Shown piece after piece: positions 29,693-45,366 of a DNA stretch of 64,000 bases. The notes under the pieces were generated by a model that did no database searches, was not told where the DNA came from, and worked only from the letters and a program-made list of their open reading frames with translations. Where the stretch lies: NCBI GenBank assembly GCA_964016885.1, contig OZ024743.1, positions 198,772,001 to 198,836,000 on the forward strand, given 5' to 3'. A program made the translations under genes and the position numbers. This DNA comes from Eledone cirrhosa (taxonomy: Eukaryota). How positions within the stretch are numbered: the stretch's first letter is position 1; the number at the start of each line of letters is the position of its first letter.

Positions 29693-30512
29693 GTATGTGT
29701 ATATGTATATATATATATACAGAGAAAGAGAGAGAGGGGGCGAATGGGAGTTATTAATTAAGAAGGAGGGGAAATATATACGAATACATTGTAACCATAT
29801 ATACATATATACATACATACACACATACATACATACATACACACACATACACACATACATACCTGCATACACACACACATACATACATACATACATACAT
29901 ACATACATACATACATACATACATACATACATACATACATACATACATACACACTTACATATATACATACGCATATACATACATATAAATATAATGCTGC
30001 TAATTAGCTTGTTCAATCTAATTAATATTCAATGAACTAAAATGCTCTTAAGTTATAAGAACGAGGAAAGTACAAGAACAGAACACAAGAGAAAGTGAAT
30101 GAGAGAGAGATAAAACTGTTCGAAAGATAAAGTATTATGTGACAAAAAGAGAAACATAAGAAGACAGAAGAAAGTATTATTTATAATTAGTCATTGAAAC
30201 ATTTCAATATTTCAATTTCAACTTGTCTTCTAAATAATTTCATTAACATTATCTGAATTTGTTAATTGTTTTAAGCATCCTTCGTTATGAACGAAATTTC
30301 AAAATATATCTAATATAAGTAATGATAGAGTAAAAGAGAAACAAACAAACCCTACTTCACTTTTGCCTCATATACACACACGCACAAACATAGTATATAT
30401 ATAGTATATATATAGTATATATATAGTATATATATATATATTTGTGTGTGTATGTGTATATATATATATTTATAAATAATAAAATATATACACATATCTA
30501 TATATACACACT

Positions 30513-30557
<45 letters not shown>

Positions 30558-31676
30558 TTTTATGATATTACGACGTTGACATTTAAATTGCGATGATGTA
30601 GAGAAAAATACAACCAACATATACATAATAATATAAAAATAAAATAAAATTATCATATTCTGAAGAGTAAAAATATATAATCTGTAAAAAAAATCTTAGA
30701 TTTATGAAGGGTATAATAATCATAATTCCATGAAAAATAAATGTAATTTCACAAAATATTACAAAATTATCTTTTCTGATTATTTACACTAGCTTGTTTA
30801 AATTAAGCTGAATCTAATAATATTTTTTTCTTAAATATGCAAATCATTTTTCTACCATTCACCCTCGCCTATCAAGGAAAAAAATTAATTTTGTCAAAAA
30901 TTTTGTTCGATAACATTAATTTTCTTCAGATGAAACATGATTTTTATGTAACAAATTATGTAACAGCGACAATTAAATGAGTCAGTAGGAACAGTCGACT
31001 CTTCAAATAGGCAGCTTTCTAGAAGTGTCTGGTAAATTCAGTTGCTTGGAAGAGTGAAGACGATAGAAAGTGGTTTTGTTATTTGGTTACGTTCGGTGGT
31101 AACACATACTCACTCATTTTTTTCTTCCTCGCTTTTAAACAAAGTATTCACAATTTGGATCCTTCATTCTTCACTGTTATTGAATTTCTCCAGGGAATCT
31201 CCCATGGATTAATTTTCCTTATTCCAAACCAACATGATTTCCGCGAGGTCGTGGTTCTGACCACTCCTTTTTACACTACAGAGTTTAAAAGAACTTAGGA
31301 GACCCTAACTTGTTGAGCTAAGAGTGTTTATTTTCTACAGGAGCATATTCATCGTTTTTTCAATTGTCACTACCAGTACCACAAGCAGCAGTAACATTAC
31401 CAACAACCCCACCTTCTACACCACAAAAAGCAGTAACTTTACCGACAACACCACCTTCTACGCCAACAACAACATGTCCAGCACTACCATTAGCATTGGC
31501 ACCATTACCAACACCACCACCAACTTCACTACCAATATCAACAACAATAAAACCACGATTACTACTATCACCAATACAATCACCACAACTACTATCATCA
31601 CCAATATAATTGTTCTAATTACTTATGAGATATTTATTCCGTACATATAATAGCCTAAAGGAGAGAAGGCAATAAA

Positions 31677-32069
31677 ATAATTGTTTCTACTTTTGGCACA
31701 AGGCCAGTAATTAACCAGTGCATTACTGGTACTTTATTTTATCTACCCCGTAAGGATGAAAGGCAAAGTTAACCTCGGCGGGATTTGAAATCAGAATGGA
31801 AAGGGCCGTAACTCTATGCGTCAAAGCATGGTGTCCGACGCTCTACCGATACTGCCAATCCACCGCCCCTTTATTGAGAAGGCAATAAAATAATTGTTTC
31901 TACTTTAGGCACAAGGCCAGCAATTACCCAGTGCATTACTGGTACTTTATTTTATCGACCCCGTAAGGATGAAAGGCAAAGTTAACCTCGGCGGGAATTG
32001 AACTCAGATCGTAAAGGGACGTAACTATGCTGGAAAGCATGGCGTCCGACCCTCCACCGATACTGCCAA
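31677..32069 (-). mobile_element. Two SINE copies separated by duplicated GAGAAGGCAATAAAATAA
   Basis: Consensus matches; the flank is repeated at ~31663 and ~31876. Confidence 0.9.
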
Positions 32070-32486
32070 TAAAATAATGAGAAAGGGTTAGAACAGAGGC
32101 AGTGTTGAATTCGATATTCTTCGTTTATCGATATATCCCAGCTGCACCTCGCCAACGAGACCGCAAAAGAACCGTCATTTCTCAAGGCTCTAGCAACTGT
32201 ACAAAGATGCTGTAGATGATATATCACCCATACAATATAAGATAGAACTGAAATCATCTTTAGCTTTGGATTTTCGATATTATGTCTAGCACCAATTACG
32301 GAAAAATGAGAACAAGATCTCGAAATGAAATTATCAAAGTGCCAACGCACGCCTATACATTGCTTATCAGTCTTTAAACTCTGATGCCATTAGGAAATAT
32401 TATGTACAAATAATGTTTTAGCCATGAATATTAAACATTCATTCCGGTTCAATTATATATAATGTTTGAGAATATATTTACAAATA

Positions 32487-32656
32487 TAATTGTTTCTACT
32501 TTTGGCACAAGGCCAGTGTATTACTGGTACTTTATTTTATCGATCCCGTAAGGATGAAGGGCAAAGTTAACCTCGGCGGGATTTGAACTCAGAATGGCAA
32601 GGGCCGTAACTCTATGCGTCAAAGCATGGCGTCCGACCCTCTACCGATACTGCCAT
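32487..32656 (-). mobile_element. SINE copy
   Basis: Consensus match. Confidence 0.9.
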
Positions 32657-33017
32657 TGAGAATAAAAGGAGCAAAGATAAAGCCTCTCCTCTCTATTTAT
32701 CTCTGTCTCACTTTTTAACCCTTCTCTAGAAGAAATCGACTGTATTCAGACCTAAAGAGTTAATTGGCTCAATTAAGTTTAAAATACCCAAGGGATACAG
32801 TAAGCCACTACGGTATCACTACGACTCCATCACGAGATCCGGGTCGATACATACAAACTGATGACTATTAAATTCGATATATAGCCTACATTTGCTCAAT
32901 CCGGGGTATTGGATACATGGATGGTTAACAACGTAAATTTGAAAGAATTTGTTACAGGAAGTTGCTAATCCCTTGTCTTGTTAGCTTACTTACTGTCGAT
33001 AATGTGTGTGTGAGTAC

Positions 33018-33142
<125 letters not shown>

Positions 33143-33799
33143 CGTGCGTGTGTACGTGTGTGTGCATATACATGTAAAAGTACGTTGCTTAGTGATTAGG
33201 GCTATAAATCATGTGTTCTTTTCCCGCATGGCATGCTGTGTCCTTGAGCAAAACCAGTCCATTCAGCTGGAAAAAGATGAATTGTACTTGTATTTCAAGA
33301 GGTTCTTTATTTTAACACATTGAGTCTCGCTGAATCTTAGAAATACGTTAAGGATACACTCGTGGTCTGGAATGCATTCTATCCTTTCGAGGGCGATAAC
33401 AAAAATGTCAATCCGTTACTGGTGTTGATTCTTGCTCTATATCTTTTTCTCACTTCATCTGTAACAAACACACGATCTTTCTTTCTCACTCTCTCCCTTT
33501 CTCTCGCTTTCGCTCCATTTGTCTCTTGTTTTTGACTGCTTACACGTTAATTTCACTAACACATTGTTGAAAAGATAATTTATTTATCAAACAACTGGAG
33601 CACTCGTCGTCGGAACGGATGGAGGTCCAATATACCTACCCAAAACCACGCTCACAACACAAAAGCACGCGCCACAAATATACAATTACACACACAAAAT
33701 GTATGTTTGTGCATGTAGGGGATGGATTTAAAAAACATATTTATAACATTGTATCCACAAACTGTGTTTTGTATATCTAATCTCTAACTTGTTCAACAT

Positions 33800-34035
33800 T
33801 ATCACCAGCACCAACACCAACACCAGCAACACCAACAATACCACCATCATCACCAACACCATCACCACTACCACCACCATCACCAACAACACCGCCACCA
33901 TCACCACCACCACTGCCACTGCCACTACCACCAACATCACCACTATCGCTACCACCACTACCACTGCCATTACCACTACCACCACCATCAACACCACCAC
34001 CACCACTAACAAACCCAGTATTATCATCATCAACA
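33800..34035. repeat. (ACC)n-type low-complexity tract
   Basis: Directly visible. Confidence 0.9.
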
Positions 34036-34315
34036 TCGATAGTAGAAGCTTTAGAGATAAAATGTTTCAGTGATAATTTCAAGACAGGGTGTTTGGCGGA
34101 ATTCCAACATGTATAGTTTTATTTTGTTCTTTTTGTAATCGTATATTTATGGAATAGTTTACTTAAATTATATGTCATAATACATACAAACACATATTTG
34201 TAATATTATAACCATACTGGCGACACTGGTATCACACACTAAAAAAGTCATAAATGCTTATATATATATATATACACGCATATAGATATATAATAGATGT
34301 ATGTGCGTACATATG

Positions 34316-34403
<88 letters not shown>

Positions 34404-34417
34404 ATGTATATATATAG

Positions 34418-34474
<57 letters not shown>

Positions 34475-34497
34475 AATGTATATATATAATGTATATG

Positions 34498-34532
<35 letters not shown>

Positions 34533-35848
34533 CTGTGTGAGTATATTTTTACGTATGTATACATGAGTGTATGTACGTATTTTTATATGTATGTATGCAC
34601 GTATGTACGTATATTTGCATGTATGTATGTATGTATGTATGTACGTATGTATGTGTGCATGGATGTTTGTGTGTATGACACATATAAATCTGTATACATC
34701 AATAAATACTTGAATTAATGATCTATAGGAGTGAAAACGAGCGATCCACCCTGGGTAGAGAAATGAAATAAAAACGTCGACATCAAGCAAAAAATAAATA
34801 ATAAATAAATAAAAAGAGGAAAAATGAATAAAAAGCACACAGTATTTATGTTCCTTACAGGCTGTTTAATGTAATCTGGCGAAAGAAAAGAGAATAGTTA
34901 AGGTTATCTAGAGAATGAGAAAGCTAACAAGCCAGTGTAGAGAAAAGCCAGCCATTAAATACCAAACGCTGAAGTATTTCTTCTACCACCTCTCCCATCA
35001 AGCCCACTGTAGATATAGATTATTATATTTTTTTTATGTAGAGTTTGATGTGCATTTGTGTTTGTGTTAGCTAGGGTCTGTGGTAAAGGTTAAATTGATA
35101 TGGAAATAGAGCCTACAAGATAAAACAGCAGCAACTCTATGAATATGTAAGACCAACCATTGAAAAGCTATCAGTTTTATTAAAATACATGCTGAAAACA
35201 ATTGACTTTTTGCTGAGGTTCCGGAGAATTCTTGCAATTGTAATAAACCAATAACGGATTATAAATCTCTTGACAAAACCCCGTAGAAGCCAGCTTATAA
35301 ACTGACAGCTACATCTAACACAAAGAAAGTGCTTTTGTCTTTTTATTTATTTATTTCAAACTGACATGAATATCTTTGTAATAAAGCCTAAGCTCGTATA
35401 CAAAGAATATTCTCATGATTAAAGCTACAATATACATGAAGGTATTAGCATTTTATTTCTCAAGAAATTGGATATTCTTGTTGTGAGTCTATTTTGTGCA
35501 GTTTTCACCTGGATTTTATGGAACATAATAGTTAGTTCTCTCTACGACCATAAAGGCAATCTTACCTTGTAGAAAGATGTGACAGCTTAGGGAACAGATT
35601 AGCAATCTCTTAAAAAGGAACTGCAACGTTTGGACAAAGCTGTACAATCGGTTGATCAGCTGGAAGCATCATAGGCCAGGTTTAAACAACAAACAAGATG
35701 AAAGTTGAAAGACAGCATCAGATACATAATGCTAAATATATCGCTGAGTTGAGATCTATTATGTTCGTTCATGTGTCTGTATACAAACGCATACACACAC
35801 AGACAGACACACACATACATGCACACACACACACACACACGTACACAT

Positions 35849-35879
<31 letters not shown>

Positions 35880-37304
35880 TACACACACACACGGGCACAC
35901 ACACACATATATATAAATATATATGTATATATATATGGTATCTATAGTTCAAGGAGACAACAAACAGAAGTACAAAAAGACTTAATAGTTTCACACCATA
36001 TTTGAACATACACGCACCTATATATATGTGTATACATAAGTATACACACACACATACACACTCACAAACACGCACATACATAATTATTTATTACGTTTGA
36101 TATTCTTTCTTGTATATCCATGGTAATCATTATTATTTTGTTTTATTTATTATTTCAAAGTCCATCAAATGGACCGCAGTATTTATGTTTTAAAGTCTAG
36201 TACTTATTTTATCGATCAACGTTTTACAGGAACCATTATATTACGCGACATAAACACACACAGACACAAATATAAACACCGGCATGGACGGACACACATA
36301 CAAAATATGCACCTATATGTAGGCCAACATTTAACAACTTGTAAGGAACATAAATAAAATGCAAAAGGAGTAATGGGCCCGACACTACATGGCTCTTTTT
36401 CCTCTTATTCTTTTTGATTTTCTCCCCCATCTTCTTCGTCTGCTTCACCTATTTATTCCTGGGAGGGTCGTAGATGCAAGGTCCTCAGACAAGGTTTCCA
36501 GATGCACCTGTCTCCAAATGATCCAGCCGGATCACGAAGCAAGACTAACGAGCTAATGGATATTATACAACTATTTTGTTCGTGGTCTAATTCTGGGTTT
36601 CTTGTCTGATAACTTTGACTATAAAATATGTCCAGCGGTTCATAAATATTTTACCGACACGTCCATAGTACCGGAGCTATGATATCTTGATTCAGAGAAA
36701 TGGCAGCTCTACATGCAGAGAGTACCTGATCACCGAGCAATACATTATATCGAGTAACATTAGTCCCCCAAACCCTTCGGAAATAGCCCATTTCGACCCA
36801 TTGTATTCACCATCGTATTCTTTCGGTCATTACCAAAGATTCATAACCCTAGGCAATGGTTGGTACGAATACCGAATCAAAGTTATGAACAACATAAATA
36901 TTTTGAAGAGAAGAGGGCTGGGGGCAGTACATAAAATTGAGGTGATGTCTCAGATCAACATATTTTGATAGATTTGTATTTTCAAATATCAGAAATCAGA
37001 AATAAAACAAAGCTTAAGATGTTATTGAAAGCAGGAATAGAAACAGGGATGGGACGTGGTATACAGGGAAAAGGGTTGGATGATCCAAACAAAAAACAAA
37101 ACAAAACATGAAAAACACTGGAACATATAGTGAAGTGTGATTTTCATGATGTTTCATAGGTTGCATAGAATTTGTGTATGTATGTAAGATTGGCTGCAAC
37201 ATGCCATTATACAATAATGTCTATTTTTCAACACTATAACTCCCCGCTCTCACTATAACTTATACACACACACATAAGCAGATACATACACATATATATG
37301 CATA

Positions 37305-37358
37305 CTTATATATTTATATGTATATATATTTTGAAATGTTGTTGTCCCAGTATGTGTG

Positions 37359-37445
<87 letters not shown>

Positions 37446-37488
37446 AATACACATATACTGGGACAACAACATTTCAAAATATATATAC

Positions 37489-37500
<12 letters not shown>
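37305..37500. repeat. Inverted repeat around a (TA)n core
   Basis: TTTTGAAATGTTGTTGTCCCAGTAT / ATACTGGGACAACAACATTTCAAAA. Confidence 0.85.
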
Positions 37501-37527
<27 letters not shown>

Positions 37528-37533
37528 TATATA

Positions 37534-37649
<116 letters not shown>

Positions 37650-37982
37650 TATATAATTTATATGTGCATATGTGTGTATAAGTGTATTTACGAGTGTATA
37701 TGTGCCATGGTGGGTGGAAAGGTCCGGGTGAATGGTGGAAAAAGTCTGGGATCTGAAGCTGTGTTAATGGTAAAATAAGACACACACATTTACAGCAAGG
37801 AAGAATCAATGGTGTTTCCCCTACCTCCAATAGAACTATTGTCTCAATCACGTCTGCAATATTCTTTCAAAGAAAAGCCATTGGCAATTGTTAAAACAAA
37901 CCAGAAAACAAAATCATTAGGAAAAAATATATTCTATGACACATATGTATTATATATACATATAATCTAAATACAATTCCTG

Positions 37983-38047
<65 letters not shown>

Positions 38048-38108
38048 TTGTGTGTATATATGTGAGTGCAGGCATGTCTGTATGTGCGTGGATGTTTCTG
38101 CATGTAGG

Positions 38109-38161
<53 letters not shown>

Positions 38162-38297
38162 TTATTTAAACATAGTTTTTTTCTTCTAATTTGTAAATCT
38201 AAATGTATATATATATACATATATGTGTGTGTCTGTCTGTGTGTGTGTACGTGTGTTTCTACATTTATGTATATATTTTGTTTGTGTGTGTGTATAT

Positions 38298-38392
<95 letters not shown>

Positions 38393-39004
38393 AAATGAGA
38401 AATGTTGGTAAAAGAATAAGTGAATGAGTGATGTATAATTAAAGGTAAAAAAACGAAAAAGTGTGAAGAAAACAACTTGTTATTTGTAGTCTTGCTAATG
38501 TTATTGAAATTTTTGCTTTTAGAGGAATCTTTCAGAAACCGATTGAAACCGAAGATTAAAAATATTAAACGAAAAAGTAAAAATAACAATAATTATGGAA
38601 TCAAACATTTTTTAAATAACTGTTACAAAGATGAAAAATAATAAAAAATATATACAAAAAAAAAGACAGTGAATTGTTACAATTCATTCCTGTTTTCAAA
38701 AGTAAAAAGAAATCTATTTTAAAACATTTTAATTGATAACTATCTCACAAACATTCCATTGATATGATACTTTTTTTCTTCCAATTTTCGTTCTTATCAT
38801 TGTTTATCCATTGGTTGCTTTGCCTTATTATGTGTTTCAGATTAAGAATTCGTCAATACGGTAAAATGCTAAACCACCTTGTCAGCAGTTGTTAGTTCAA
38901 TTCTCAGTTATTTCTAGAATGATGACAACAGCTTTTTCTCTCAGTTTAGAAATAAGTCGGACACACCAAGCTACTTCTGTCAACAGATGTTAACTTTAAC
39001 GAAG

Positions 39005-39641
39005 CTGATTACCCCAGTGTATTACTGGTGCTTTATTTTATTGACCCCGTATGGATGAAAGGCAAAGCAAACCTCGGCGGGATTTGAACCCAGATCGTAA
39101 AGGGACGTAACTGTGCTGGAAAGCATGTCGGTAGAGGGTTGGACATGCATTCCAGCATAGTTACCTCCCTTTACGATCTGAGTTCAAATCCCGACGAGGT
39201 TAACTTTACCTTTCATCCTTACGGGGTCGATAAAATAAAGTACCAGTAATTTACTGGGTAATTGCTGGCCTTGCGCCAAAAGTAGAAACAATTATTGAAT
39301 TGGTAGTGGATTAGTAGTATCTGTAGAGGGTCGGAAAGCCATGATTTGGGCGCATAGAGTTACGTCCCTTGCCATTCTGAGTTCAAATCCCGCCGAGGTT
39401 AACTTTGCCTTTCATCCTTACTGGGTCGATAAAATACAATACCAGTAATGCACTGGGTAATTGCTGACCTTGTGCCAAAAGTAGAAACAATTATTGAATT
39501 GGCAGTATCGTGAGAACGCCGGATACCATGCCTCGTAGCATAGAGTTATAGCCCTTTATGTTCTGAGTTCAAATCCCGACAATGTAGCTTTGCCTTTCAT
39601 CCTTACGTTGTCGATAAATTAAAGCACCAGTAATACACTGG
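39005..39641. mobile_element. SINE cluster: one minus partial joined head-to-head to three plus copies
   Basis: Orientation switch at ~39125. Confidence 0.85.
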
Positions 39642-40029
39642 AGAGGATGTAATAACCCCCCCCCTCCTAACACCTTTATTATTAATGTGTCTCTGAAACA
39701 TATACCAAGTCCGAACACAAAGGAACCAACTCCCACAGTCATTGCCTCCGCCTCACCCGTTCGCTCTCCCCCTCTCTCATTCTTATGAGCAGCTGGGGAC
39801 CAAGGCCCTGGCCGTCCCGCGGTCCCTCTCAAGAACATTCTAATGATCTGATTCATAATTATCTGACACATACAAAATAACAGATCATCCATGCATGGGA
39901 CCTGATTACATGCATGTGTCGTAAGGTCACTGTGGTGACGTAGTGTATCTTGAGAATTTAAAACTGGCTTTGTCCGTTCACTCTCCAGATCTGAATACAT
40001 GAATAAGACGTTTACATGCTTAGATCTTT

Positions 40030-40076
<47 letters not shown>

Positions 40077-40162
40077 CAAAAACTAAACGTAAAAAACAAA
40101 AGAAACATCACAGTAGAATGAAGAAATATATTAGTTTAACGCTTTATATAGTAGTAAAGGTG

Positions 40163-40199
40163 ACTTTACATTTCGGGCACTAACCCTCTATTCGGGAGT
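40163..40199 (-). ncRNA. Degenerate minimal HHR (relatives at 48951-48986 +, 52495-52531 -, 52640-52675 +)
   Basis: ACTC-CCGAATAGA-GGGTtagtGCCC-GAAA-TG-TA-AAGT; tail ..TATAAAGCGT(T/G)AAACTAAT shared with the 48951 copy. Confidence 0.5.
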
Positions 40200-40390
40200 A
40201 TATAAATATATATATATTTATACGCATGTGAATTTTTCCCTTAACTTCCTGCCTCTTTTCGACACACAGTAAGTGAATGGCAACTTGTTTCCAAGCTGAT
40301 GGTAAACACACAAAAACAGGGCCGGCTACTGCCAGCATATCTAGTACTGGAAAAGTCATCCTTTCATTCCCTTTGTGATGTACTGGACAA

Positions 40391-40511
40391 GCTCACTGAA
40401 GATCCGTATGCCGAATTTCAGTCTTTTACACAAATGATTGTTGAAATATGCACTTATTTATATTGCTGATACTAACAGTTCGGCATCGATGAAACCAGCA
40501 CTGGTTTGGGT
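40391..40511 (+). ncRNA. Type I hammerhead with long stem II
   Basis: GCTCA-CTGAAGA-..ATGCCGAA...TTCGGCAT..-GAAA-CCAGcaCTGG-TT-TGGGT; GUU site. Confidence 0.65.
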
Positions 40512-40881
40512 ATATATGTCAATATTTTTAATTGACTTAAATATTGGTTTATATTGGTTGTATACATTTTATTGATAACCCTAATCAATTTGTTCAATTA
40601 TCTGTTTCTGAAATAATTGAAGTTAACATTGAATAAGATTGTAAGTAGCATGGTGCTGCAACGCCATGGGTGTGCTAATCATTTTGTAGTAATGTGATTT
40701 CGTAAATCAATTAATATATATATGTATGAATGAAACATTTCTAGTCCTGTAGAAGCCATTTCAATATTAAATATTTATACGCTGCTATGTATTGAGTAGC
40801 TTACTTACTGCGGTTACCTCCGATTAAACCCGGGATACACACACCCACACACATACACACACACACACTAACACACGCTCG

Positions 40882-40929
<48 letters not shown>

Positions 40930-41022
40930 CAGACCTGCCGAACTCTAAGAATCCAAACGAAGATACCATGAAAAAAGTGGCCCAAAACTGGGAGAAATGA
41001 GGCAAAATGGGCAGATTTTACA

Positions 41023-41202
41023 TAATTGTTTCTACTTTTGGCACAAGGCCAGCAAATATCCAGTGCATTACTGGTACTTTATTTTATCAACCCCGTAAGG
41101 ATGAAAGGCTAAGTTAACCTCGGCGGGATTTGAACTCAGACCGTAAAGGGACGTAAATATGCTGGAAAGCATGGGGTCCGACTCTCTACCGATACTGCCA
41201 AT
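41023..41202 (-). mobile_element. SINE copy
   Basis: Consensus match. Confidence 0.9.
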
Positions 41203-41410
41203 TTTCACAAAGGAAAACATCTCTCACTCAGCCGTAATTGAGTGGGAGATCTCCCCGTCCGACGGGGGAGAGTAAAGAGTACTCAATACCGAAGTAGAGT
41301 TTAAATATTCCTTTTATTAAGGCTGAATAGTGAGTCTTGTTACTCTGAAGTTTGGCTTTTTATCACAGGATCATTAGACAGGAACACACACACACACACA
41401 CACACAGACG

Positions 41411-41487
<77 letters not shown>

Positions 41488-41491
<4 letters not shown>

Positions 41492-41598
41492 ATGTTTGAC
41501 CCCGACGGCAGAGCTCAAGCCGTTTCGAAGGCTATTTCTGGAGTCCAGAAATAGCCGTCGAAACGGCTTGATCTCTGCCGTCCGGGTTAAACATTTTC
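41488..41598. repeat. 111 bp fold-back made of two hammerhead 3' halves
   Basis: Centre G41543; GAAA-CGGC-ttgatctct-GCCG-TC at 41560-41582 and its mirror. Confidence 0.75.
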
Positions 41599-41964
41599 CT
41601 ATTACCCACTCTACTACCCTAAGTATTAATTACTCTGGTGCGTTATGGTCCATCTAGTTCCTTACCACACCTCCTTCGTTATAAATATTATATAAAGCGA
41701 TATATTAAGCTGGGACAACTCTTATATCTAGCAAATGGCTTAAATGGGTGCACAGGCAATATTTATAAAACAATTAAAATCAATTGACCCAATTAGAATA
41801 CAAAGGAAGAATAAGGAAATATGAAAGGCCCCTTAAGAAAGAAAGAAAATTATTAAATATGTCACATTACCCTGTTTTCAATAATATTTTCGCAAAAGAG
41901 AAGCTCTACCCTCAAACTGTACTTATAAACCACCCTCCACATACACTTATATAAATATATATTT

Positions 41965-42013
<49 letters not shown>

Positions 42014-42040
42014 TATACACACATGTTTACACACACACAG

Positions 42041-42077
<37 letters not shown>

Positions 42078-42757
42078 TATACATAGCATACACATTTCTG
42101 AGTTTCTAAGCATCTAATAAAGCATAAATAAATGCGGGCATCTTTTCACACCTTAACCTTTGGATGATATCTTCTCTCATTAAACGGCTCTTTTGTTCTT
42201 GTTCAATGCTTGGCTTCCCTTATTGCATGTACGAACCATTTCCACTCTCATTTAACATAGAAAATAGGATGCAAGTTAAATGGGATTCACTCCCTCGCAA
42301 CTCTCTACTTTGTAAATAAACAAATAATCATACCAGCAACAATACTATAGCAACCAATAAAAGAATATATATATATATATAGCATTTAAAATAACATCCT
42401 AACAAAATACCAGTAATTCACCTATGTGTCATCTTATAATTTCCTTTGCCATATTCCTATCATCAACTCTGCACAAATATATTCTTTATTCGCTGAATAT
42501 AAAGATCTTTAGAAAAAAGTGCCAATATGAAAGAAAAATTAAAAATATAGGAAATAAAATTTTCCATTATTAATATCGATTATCTATCAATCTATCTATC
42601 TATCTATCTATCTATTTTCCTATCTACCTATCTATATATATATACATATTGCGCAGAGAGGTACAGATAGATGCGTACATATGTATATTTATATATGTAG
42701 GTTTTTATGCATTTATGCATAAAAATGAATGTTATACATATATATACACATATATAC

Positions 42758-42826
<69 letters not shown>

Positions 42827-42966
42827 TATACATATATATACATTTATATATGTATATATATACATATACATATGTATACATATATGTACACACACGCACA
42901 AACACACATATATATATGTGTGTGTATATATATATACACATATATATACATATATATATATAAATG

Positions 42967-43018
<52 letters not shown>

Positions 43019-43462
43019 TATGTACATGTACGTATACACACATATGTGTGCATATGCATGTCAATGTGAGTGTATATACGGTAATATTCGTGTATGTACG
43101 ATGGAGTTTTAGCAATTTAGATAAAAGACTTTTATTTACTTTTATTCGTTTATTTGAATTATTTTATCACCTGGAAAATAAAACGTTTTATTTTCATTTC
43201 ATTTTTAAAACCTTGTTAACTAAAACGATCATAATAATCACTCTGTAATTAATTATAGACAAGAAATATTGAAACATATAAAAGACATCAATAATGGCGA
43301 CGATACAGTGACAACGAACGATTACAACAACAATCTCAAAACAACAAAATCTTCAAAACGAAATATAAAATATTATAATATTGGTGATGTGAAGGAGCTG
43401 GACGTTACCTTTGATCAACGCAAATTGAAATTTGATTATATATATATATGTGTTTGTATATC

Positions 43463-43493
<31 letters not shown>

Positions 43494-43692
43494 ATATATA
43501 TGAATAAGTATATATATATATATACATATATATATATGCATAAATATATATACGTATTTAAATATACATTCACACACATTCACATATATATGCATATATA
43601 TATATATACATCTATATATATATATGTATATGTATGTGCGTGTGTGTGTGTATGTATATTTAAATACCTATATATATTTATGCATATATGTG

Positions 43693-43748
<56 letters not shown>

Positions 43749-43776
43749 TATATATATGTAAATACATGTATATATG

Positions 43777-43824
<48 letters not shown>

Positions 43825-44927
43825 AACCAAACAAAATATGTGCAATATTACAGAGCCAAAGAAGTGATAACAAACAAAAATATCAATAATAATTCTTTCT
43901 GCCGTTGGCACATGGCCAGCACTTTTGTGGGAGTGGAAAGTCAATTATATTGAACTCTGCTATTAACTAGTATGTTATCTTATTAAGCCCGGAAGAATGA
44001 AATGCAAAATTGAGCCGTTTATTTTCGTGTGTTTACATTTATTAAAAATGTTCCTTCATATATTTAGTAAAATCTTTATGTTCCAAATACTGCCTAATAA
44101 GAACGTTAGTTATCTTACAAAATCCTTTCAAATTCTTCATTATCTTCAAAATTAAAAGCAATGTCTGAGAAATATACTCATGAATGTGTTAAATTCATTC
44201 TTCAGTGTATAACTATTGAACTCAAAATAAACTACGACGATATCAAATTCTGTTAGGCATTCAATTCAGAACTCGTAACTATTTGAACCATCCTACTCAC
44301 CGTATAAACTATAATAGTAAATTAGCCAACGTCCATTCCTTAATAGCATATTTTGATAAGCTAGAAATAGCAGCCAAATGTCTATCAAATTACACCCAAG
44401 CGTTATACTCAAGGAACATCGTACATTCATAGCTCTAAATAAGTGGCATGAATACAGCTAATCTGCTCGATTAAGTTTGTCCGGAAAATAAACATTGATA
44501 ACAACAATTAATTCTAATGTAAGCACAAGGCCTGAAATTTAATAAGAGGGAAAGTTGATTATATTGACCTCAATATGTAGCGGGTATTTTGTTTAACTGA
44601 CTCAGGATGGATTAAATGAAAACGTTACCTTGACAGGATTTGAACTCAAGCTGTAGAGAATTGGAACAAAAGTGGCAAAATGGTTCAGCCGGTGTTTCGA
44701 TGATTCTGTCAATCCACCACCATGCTAGCCTCATAGGTTCTAGCATACGTTTATGATATTTGGGGACAGTATTGTCTTGACCTGTGCTCTATCGAATGTA
44801 AGAAAAAGTTGACTTCGACAAGATTTGAACTCAGAAGGTAAACATCTGGAACAAATACGACTAAGAATTTCTCAAATGCACTAATAACTCTACTAATTCA
44901 CAGCGCATAATGATATAATAGTATAAA

Positions 44928-45366
44928 AATAATTGTTTCTACTTTTGGCACAAGGCCAGCAAAAATCCCAGTGTATTACTAGTGCTTTATTTTATCGACC
45001 CCGTAAGGATGAAAGGCAAAGTTAACCTCGGCGGGATTTGAATTCAGACTATAATAGTATAATAATAATTGTTTCTACTTTTGGCACAAGGCCAGCAATT
45101 ACCCAGTACATTACTGGTACTTTATTTTATCGACCCCGTAAGGATGAAAGGCAAAGTTGACCTCGGCGGGGTATAATAATAATTGTTTCTACTTTTGGCA
45201 CAAGGCCAGCAATTACCCAGTACATTACTGGTACTTTATTTTATCGACCCCGTAAGGATGAAAGGCAAATTTAACCTCGGCGGGATTTGAACTCAGAATG
45301 ATAAGGGCTGTAACTCTATGCGTCAAAGCATGGCGTCCGACCCTCTACCGATACTGCCAATCCACC
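44928..45366 (-). mobile_element. Three SINE copies (two 5'-truncated)
   Basis: Consensus matches, joined through (AAT)n tails. Confidence 0.9.
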
